Both the position numbers and the translations under genes were made by a program. Below, piece after piece: positions 7,142 through 11,638 of a stretch of DNA of 11,638 bases. Source of the stretch: Synechococcus sp. (GTDB lineage: Bacteria > Cyanobacteriota > Cyanobacteriia > Thermostichales > PCC-7336). Positions within the stretch are counted from its first letter, which is position 1, and the number at the start of each line of letters is the position of its first letter. The DNA lies in contig JBFRWD010000034.1 in assembly GCA_051439425.1 (NCBI GenBank), positions 1 to 11,638 on the forward strand, read 5' to 3'. The notes under the pieces are model-generated. The model was not told where the DNA came from. It saw only the letters and a list, made by a program, of their open reading frames with translations, and made no database searches.

Positions 7142-8626
7142 GTGGTTTCATCTGAGTCATCAAGTCCAGAGTCTTCAGCCAGCCTAGAACCGTTACGCAG
7201 CGTCCACACCTCTAACTTTCCGCTGTTGCTACAAGAGCTCGGTCTTTCGCTCGCGATATCTACCTATCAAGCTGGAAAAGTAGTGCTGTTGCGGGCGGAT
7301 GGAGACTCCCTCAATACGCACTTTCGGCTGTTCCAAAAACCGATGGGGTTAGCGATCGACACCCAAGGACGAATGGCGATCGGGGCCTCTGCCCGCATTT
7401 GGGAGTTTCGTAACGTCCCCGATGCCGCCCCCAAGTTACCGCCTCGTGGCAAGCACGACGCCTGTTTCATCCCCCGCAACATGCACGTCACCGGAGATAT
7501 TGACATCCATGAGATGTCCTGGGGCAACGAGGGGCTGTGGTTTGTGAATACGCGGTTTTCCTGTTTGTGTACCCACGATCTCGATCACAGTTTTGTGCCT
7601 CGGTGGCGACCGCCATTTGTCACAGCCTACGCCCCAGAAGATCGCTGCCACCTGAACGGTCTCGAATTGGTGGATGGTGAACCCAAGTACGTCACGGCAT
7701 TAGGCACCACCGATACAGCAGGGGGCTGGCGAGAGAACAAGGCTCGCGGCGGCATGTTGATGGATATAACCACCAACGAGTTTGTCACCCAAGGGCTGTC
7801 GATGCCCCATTCCCCCCGCTGGTATCGCGATCGCCTGTGGGTACTGGAATCGGGGGAAGGCAGTTTAGCAACAGTCGATCTAGACAGTGGAAACGTCGAG
7901 CCCGTTGTCAAGTTGCCGGGCTTTACTCGCGGGTTAGACTTCTACGGCCCGCTGGCATTTGTGGGGCTCTCTCAAGTGCGAGAGTCGGCGGTCTTTAGCG
8001 GCATTCCGCTAACCGAGCGAGTGGAAGAGCGTATGTGTGGAGTGTGGGTAGTCAACATCGATCGCGGGGAAATCCTGGCCTATCTGGGATTTGAAGATGC
8101 CGTGCAAGAAATTTTTGCGGTACAGGTGCTGCCGGGGATTCGCTTTCCCGAGTTGGTGATTGAAGACAACGAGTTTCTGAAAAGCTCCTACGTGTTGCCT
8201 GACGAGGCGTTGGCAGAGGTATCCGTCTCGGAGACACCACTAACGGAAGCACAGCAAGCATTTGCGATGGCCATGCAAGCGTACCAATCTGGAAAGTTAG
8301 AAGAGGCTGTGCAGCACTATCGCCAGGGGTTGGCATCCAATCCGAAGAATATGGTGGCGCGCTACCAGCTAGGGGTAATTCTGGTGGATCTGCAGCAGTG
8401 GCAAGCGGGAATCGACGAGCTGACGATTGTGGTGGAAGAGCGCACCGATCATGCGGAGGCTCACAATAGCTTAGGGGTGGCTTACTTTCAGCTCAAGGAT
8501 CTCGTCAAATCTCGCTGGCATTTCGAACGGGAGATCGCCCTCAACCCCCGAGTCGAACTCCCCCGCAATAAACTTCGCGTCCTACAGCAAATGTGCAAGC
8601 ATGAAATAGATGCCCCAACACAGTAG
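7142..8626 (+). CDS. TIGR03032 (DUF4915) family protein with C-terminal TPR repeats
   Basis: STYQAGK, HVTGDIDIHEM, VNTRFSCLCT, EDRCHLNGL, GLSMPHSPRW, LPGFTRGL and VGLSQVRE are motifs I recognise from this family; about 3 TPRs from ~8246; AGGAGA SD at 7131. Confidence 0.9.
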   Translation: MVSSESSSPESSASLEPLRSVHTSNFPLLLQELGLSLAISTYQAGKVVLLRADGDSLNTHFRLFQKPMGLAIDTQGRMAIGASARIWEFRNVPDAAPKLPPRGKHDACFIPRNMHVTGDIDIHEMSWGNEGLWFVNTRFSCLCTHDLDHSFVPRWRPPFVTAYAPEDRCHLNGLELVDGEPKYVTALGTTDTAGGWRENKARGGMLMDITTNEFVTQGLSMPHSPRWYRDRLWVLESGEGSLATVDLDSGNVEPVVKLPGFTRGLDFYGPLAFVGLSQVRESAVFSGIPLTERVEERMCGVWVVNIDRGEILAYLGFEDAVQEIFAVQVLPGIRFPELVIEDNEFLKSSYVLPDEALAEVSVSETPLTEAQQAFAMAMQAYQSGKLEEAVQHYRQGLASNPKNMVARYQLGVILVDLQQWQAGIDELTIVVEERTDHAEAHNSLGVAYFQLKDLVKSRWHFEREIALNPRVELPRNKLRVLQQMCKHEIDAPTQ

Positions 8627-8658
8627 TTGACTGAGTCTCACGCGCAGCTAGAGAAAGC

Positions 8659-9858
8659 CTAATAATCCACACCGCGCTTTAAATCGGCACCGTGTTCGGC
8701 GTAATGCTTGTGGCACACCATCTCGGAATGCACCGTCGCCAAATCAAAATACGGCAGCGTATCGTGACAGCGACCCGTGATAATCACTTCGGTATCTTTC
8801 GGCTTGCGCAGCAACGCTTGCACAATCGGCTCGGATTCCAAAAGCTCCAAATCGACCGTGGGATTCAGCTCATCCAAAATAATCGTCTTATAGAGCCCTG
8901 ACGTAATGGCAGCCTTGGCCAGCTCCCAGCCTCGCTCTGCTTCTACATAATCAATCTCCTGCTGCTTCCCACGCCAGACGATCGCATCTCGACCGCAGCG
9001 CTGGTGATCCACCAACTCAGGATAGGTCTCTCGCAACGCCCGAATCGCCGCATCTTCGGTATAGCCGGACCCCCCTTTCAGCCACTGCATGATCAACACG
9101 CGGTGGGATAAATCTTTGCTAATGCCGCGCCCGATCGCCTGCAACGCCCGCCCCAACGCACTGGTCGATTTCCCTTTACCCGCGCCAGTATAAATTTCAA
9201 TGCCGCTAAAGGCATGATGGCGACTCTGTCCATTCCCATTCCCGTTCCCGTTACTGCTTCCATTCCCATTCCCGAGATAGGCAAATCCATCGTGAGAGTC
9301 AGAGGCAGCCCGCACCGGTCGCATTTCCGAGTGCAAATCGGCAATCTCCACCAGCGGCTCTGGAGCCCCTCGTCCGGTGGCAATTACCTCCAGATGATTG
9401 GGCTTCCGTCTCAGAGTGCTGACCACTTCATCAATCGGTAACAGCCCCAAGTCGAGCACGGGATTAAGCTCGTCCAACACCACCACCGAATAAAAGCCTG
9501 AGGCCAGCGCCCCTTTGGCCACATCCCAACCCCGTCGGGCTTCTTGGCGGTCAAATTTAGTGATACCGCTCTCGTCAAAATATTCCCCACGGCCCGTACG
9601 CAACTGGTCGATTAGATGGGGAAATCCTCGCTGCAACGCCTCGATCGCTGCATCTTCCGCATACTGGCGACCGGGGCCTTTCAAAAATCGCATCAGCAAC
9701 ACTCGGCTGGGCACTTGGTCTTCAATCCCCAACCCGATCGAACGCAACACCACCCCCAAGGCAGCCTGCGATTTGCCCTTACCTTCCCCGTCATAGACGT
9801 GAATTTGGCCGCGCCGGCGATCCTGGTTTTGGGCTGTCAGAATACCAATATCGGCCAT
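8659..9858 (-). CDS. cobO: cob(I)yrinic acid a,c-diamide adenosyltransferase (CobO/BtuR type), tandem two-domain form
   Basis: Two copies of the P-loop (YDGEGKGKS; YTGAGKGKST), LDELN and TGR motifs, plus the C-terminal KH...KRGVDY. Confidence 0.9.
   Translation of the reverse strand: MADIGILTAQNQDRRRGQIHVYDGEGKGKSQAALGVVLRSIGLGIEDQVPSRVLLMRFLKGPGRQYAEDAAIEALQRGFPHLIDQLRTGRGEYFDESGITKFDRQEARRGWDVAKGALASGFYSVVVLDELNPVLDLGLLPIDEVVSTLRRKPNHLEVIATGRGAPEPLVEIADLHSEMRPVRAASDSHDGFAYLGNGNGSSNGNGNGNGQSRHHAFSGIEIYTGAGKGKSTSALGRALQAIGRGISKDLSHRVLIMQWLKGGSGYTEDAAIRALRETYPELVDHQRCGRDAIVWRGKQQEIDYVEAERGWELAKAAITSGLYKTIILDELNPTVDLELLESEPIVQALLRKPKDTEVIITGRCHDTLPYFDLATVHSEMVCHKHYAEHGADLKRGVDY
9230..9274. repeat. 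imperfect hexamer microsatellite (TTCCCR) encoding a Gly-Asn linker in cobO
   Basis: ccattcccattcccgttcccgtt...ccattcccattcccg; translates as GNGNGSSNGNGNGNG. Confidence 0.8.
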
Positions 9859-10158
9859 CGAAGTTAACGTCCTACCTATGCTCCAGTTTCAGGATAGCCA
9901 CTGTAGATAGGCGATTGGGGTATCCTTGCAACCTCGCTCTGCAACGTTTTGTGTGCGAGCCCGGTGGGAAAATTCTTGCCATACAGTCAGTCTCTAGGGC
10001 CATCGCAACACAACATCCGGCTGAGTGCATAGGCCGTGGGCTCTACATTGGCTTGCCGTAGTAGTGCGGCAGCAGAAAGGTGAGAGACGAATTTTCGCTA
10101 CCAGGCTTACCGCAATGCATCGTTCTGCTTCATGGCATCCTCGTTTCGCTTGGTGCAA

Positions 10159-10590
10159 TCAGCTAACGATCTCGACCAGCTCCAGTTCGAATGTCAAAGT
10201 CTTACCTGCTAGCGGATGATTGGCATCTAATGTGACCTTGAGGTTGTCAAATGCAGTCACCATGACGGTAATGGGTTGGTCATTGGGCCCCTGAATCTGG
10301 AGCTGCAGACCTTCCACCAATTCCACATCATCGGGAATCTGTTGTCGATCGACCACGATCGCCATGTCAGGCAGGTGGGGGCCATAGGCAGATTCGCAAG
10401 GAATGACCTCGGTTTTGGAGTCTCCCGGTTCCATACCGGTAATTGCCCCATCAAATCCAGGAATGACTTGCCCCGATCCCAGCTCGAACTGAATCGGGTC
10501 GCGAGAGCGTGATGAATCAAACACCGAGCCATCATCCAATTTGCCGGTGTAATGCACTAGGACGGTGTTTCCTGCCTTGGCCTGAGCCAT
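10159..10590 (-). CDS. FKBP-type peptidyl-prolyl isomerase, SlyD/SlpA-like with insert-in-flap domain and no His-rich tail
   Basis: VHYTGKLDDGSVFDSS, GQVIPGFD, AYG and DANHPLAGKTLTFELE; AGGAGAG SD. Confidence 0.95.
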   Translation of the reverse strand: MAQAKAGNTVLVHYTGKLDDGSVFDSSRSRDPIQFELGSGQVIPGFDGAITGMEPGDSKTEVIPCESAYGPHLPDMAIVVDRQQIPDDVELVEGLQLQIQGPNDQPITVMVTAFDNLKVTLDANHPLAGKTLTFELELVEIVS

Positions 10591-10601
10591 GCTTGCTCTC
10601 C

Positions 10602-10647
10602 TGTTGATGGGTATTGCTTAGGGTTGTTGATGGGTATTGCCTAGAGT
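10602..10647. repeat. 23-bp tandem duplication (2 copies, 2 mismatches) just upstream of the PPIase RBS
   Basis: TGTTGATGGGTATTGCTTAGGGT (10602-10624) and TGTTGATGGGTATTGCCTAGAGT (10625-10647). Confidence 0.9.
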
Positions 10648-10745
10648 CTTTGACATTGTAGTCAGGACATCCTAAGTGACAAGCCAGTGGTTCCAGCTCA
10701 GTTAGGTTTTCCAGCTGATTAATAGAGAGGTCACAATACAACAGA

Positions 10746-10782
10746 TGACTGGGCGCACATCTCCGGTCGTGCGTCCCAGTCA
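10746..10782 (-). terminator. strong stem-loop downstream of rpsU (3' end stabiliser or terminator)
   Basis: TGACTGGG-CGCAC ... GTGCG-T-CCCAGTCA: 13 bp with one bulge, about 90 nt after the rpsU stop; no clear U-tract. Confidence 0.5.
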
Positions 10783-10869
10783 ATTTCCGAACCATCGAAC
10801 TTTCTGTCGGGGCCGAACGCTGCCAGCACCCTGCTCTTGCAAAAATAGCCCGGTCAAACGGACTACACA

Positions 10870-11052
10870 TTAACCCCGACGCCGACGACTCTTGCGGCGA
10901 GAGCGCTCTTTACGCTTACGCTTCTCGGAGGGGGTTTCAAAATGTCGTACCCGTCTCATATCCGAGAAAATTCCAGCCTTGACGACTTTCTGCTTAAACC
11001 GTCGTAACGCAGATTCAATTTGCTCGCGATCGCCCACAACAACTTGGGCCAT
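10870..11052 (-). CDS. rpsU: 30S ribosomal protein S21
   Basis: [12 protein letters not shown] and [22 protein letters not shown]. Confidence 0.97.
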   Translation of the reverse strand: MAQVVVGDREQIESALRRFKQKVVKAGIFSDMRRVRHFETPSEKRKRKERSRRKSRRRRG

Positions 11053-11265
11053 AATCTCTCCTTAGTGCGTATGTGTGGCTCCTCAACAGGACATAGAACC
11101 TGGGAGGAAATAGTCTGATAGCCACCATAACTAGGAGCTATAGCAAGCAGCAAACGTCGGGCTTTTGCCAATGCCTGTGAGAGGCATTCAGCCCGACCGA
11201 GAAACACTCACTCGCACCACCTGCCACGCAAACAATGCTAACCATCCAGTGCGAGGAGCTATCAG

Positions 11266-11292
11266 TAAAAGCAGCCTCCCTGGAGGGGAGGC
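11266..11292 (-). terminator. probable intrinsic terminator/attenuator after rbp
   Basis: Minus strand GCCTCCC-CTCCA-GGGAGGC followed by TGCTTTTA, 17 nt after the rbp stop. Confidence 0.6.
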
Positions 11293-11309
11293 ATATGACC
11301 CAGTGCGAT

Positions 11310-11555
11310 CTAGGTACGAGGACGTGCTTTGTTAACTCGCAGGGTGCGACCCATCCACTCAGCACCATCTAAATCTTCGATGGCCTTGAGTTCCTCTTCG
11401 TCAGTAGACATCTCCACAAATGCAAATCCCCGAACTCGACCGGTTTCGCGGTCGGTGGGAACCTTTACTTGCTTGACAGTACCGTACTCGGCAAATACCT
11501 CGTTAATATCATCCTGGGTGGCCCGAAAGGAGAGGTTGCCAACATAAATAGTCAT
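11310..11555 (-). CDS. rbp: cyanobacterial RRM RNA-binding protein (Rbp family), no Gly-rich tail
   Basis: RNP2 IYVGNL, RNP1 RGFAFVEM and LDGAEWMGRTLRVNKARPR. Confidence 0.96.
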   Translation of the reverse strand: MTIYVGNLSFRATQDDINEVFAEYGTVKQVKVPTDRETGRVRGFAFVEMSTDEEELKAIEDLDGAEWMGRTLRVNKARPRT

Positions 11556-11638
11556 CTGCAGTTTCCAGACTCAAAAAAAGAACAGCGAAATTGAGATAGC
11601 GGGTGGTCTGCAGACAGTGAAATTGAACTGGACACAAA

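Larger units (their letters stand above)
270..11033. repeat. HIP1 octamer GCGATCGC, dispersed
   Basis: Perfect copies seen at 270, 318, 2475, 3672, 4926, 6281, 6681, 7827 and 11026, plus many CGATCG cores; about 0.2 copies expected by chance in 11.6 kb. Confidence 0.9.

Noticed and set aside
9890..10000. Cobalamin riboswitch upstream of cobO (GCCACTG and GGGAA seen)
   Set aside because: The fragments are on the + strand, antisense to cobO, and the other core elements are absent on both strands.
10602..10647. CRISPR mini-array
   Set aside because: Two directly adjacent repeats with no spacer, and no cas genes in the window.

Overview
Cyanobacterial chromosomal window: at least 9 perfect HIP1 octamers (GCGATCGC) and a typical cyanobacterial gene set. 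Left to right it holds the 5' part of a GT-C/GT39-like membrane glycosyltransferase that the ORF track missed, a WecA/MraY-family phosphoglycosyl transferase, glyA, a CPBP/Abi intramembrane protease, two small orphan genes (69-aa single-TM and 75-aa secreted peptide), a Rid-family protein lacking the catalytic Arg, a divergent GalU-like nucleotidyltransferase, a TIGR03032/DUF4915-TPR protein, a tandem-duplicated cobO, an FKBP/SlyD-type PPIase, rpsU and an RRM rbp gene. I saw no CRISPR array, tRNA/rRNA, transposase or integrase. The least explained part is 4028-5524: small peptides next to the CPBP protease, several structured non-coding segments, and a degenerate glycine-riboswitch-like motif string. 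The structured rbp-rpsU spacer is also notable. All family calls are by eye from motifs; no database search or folding program was run.
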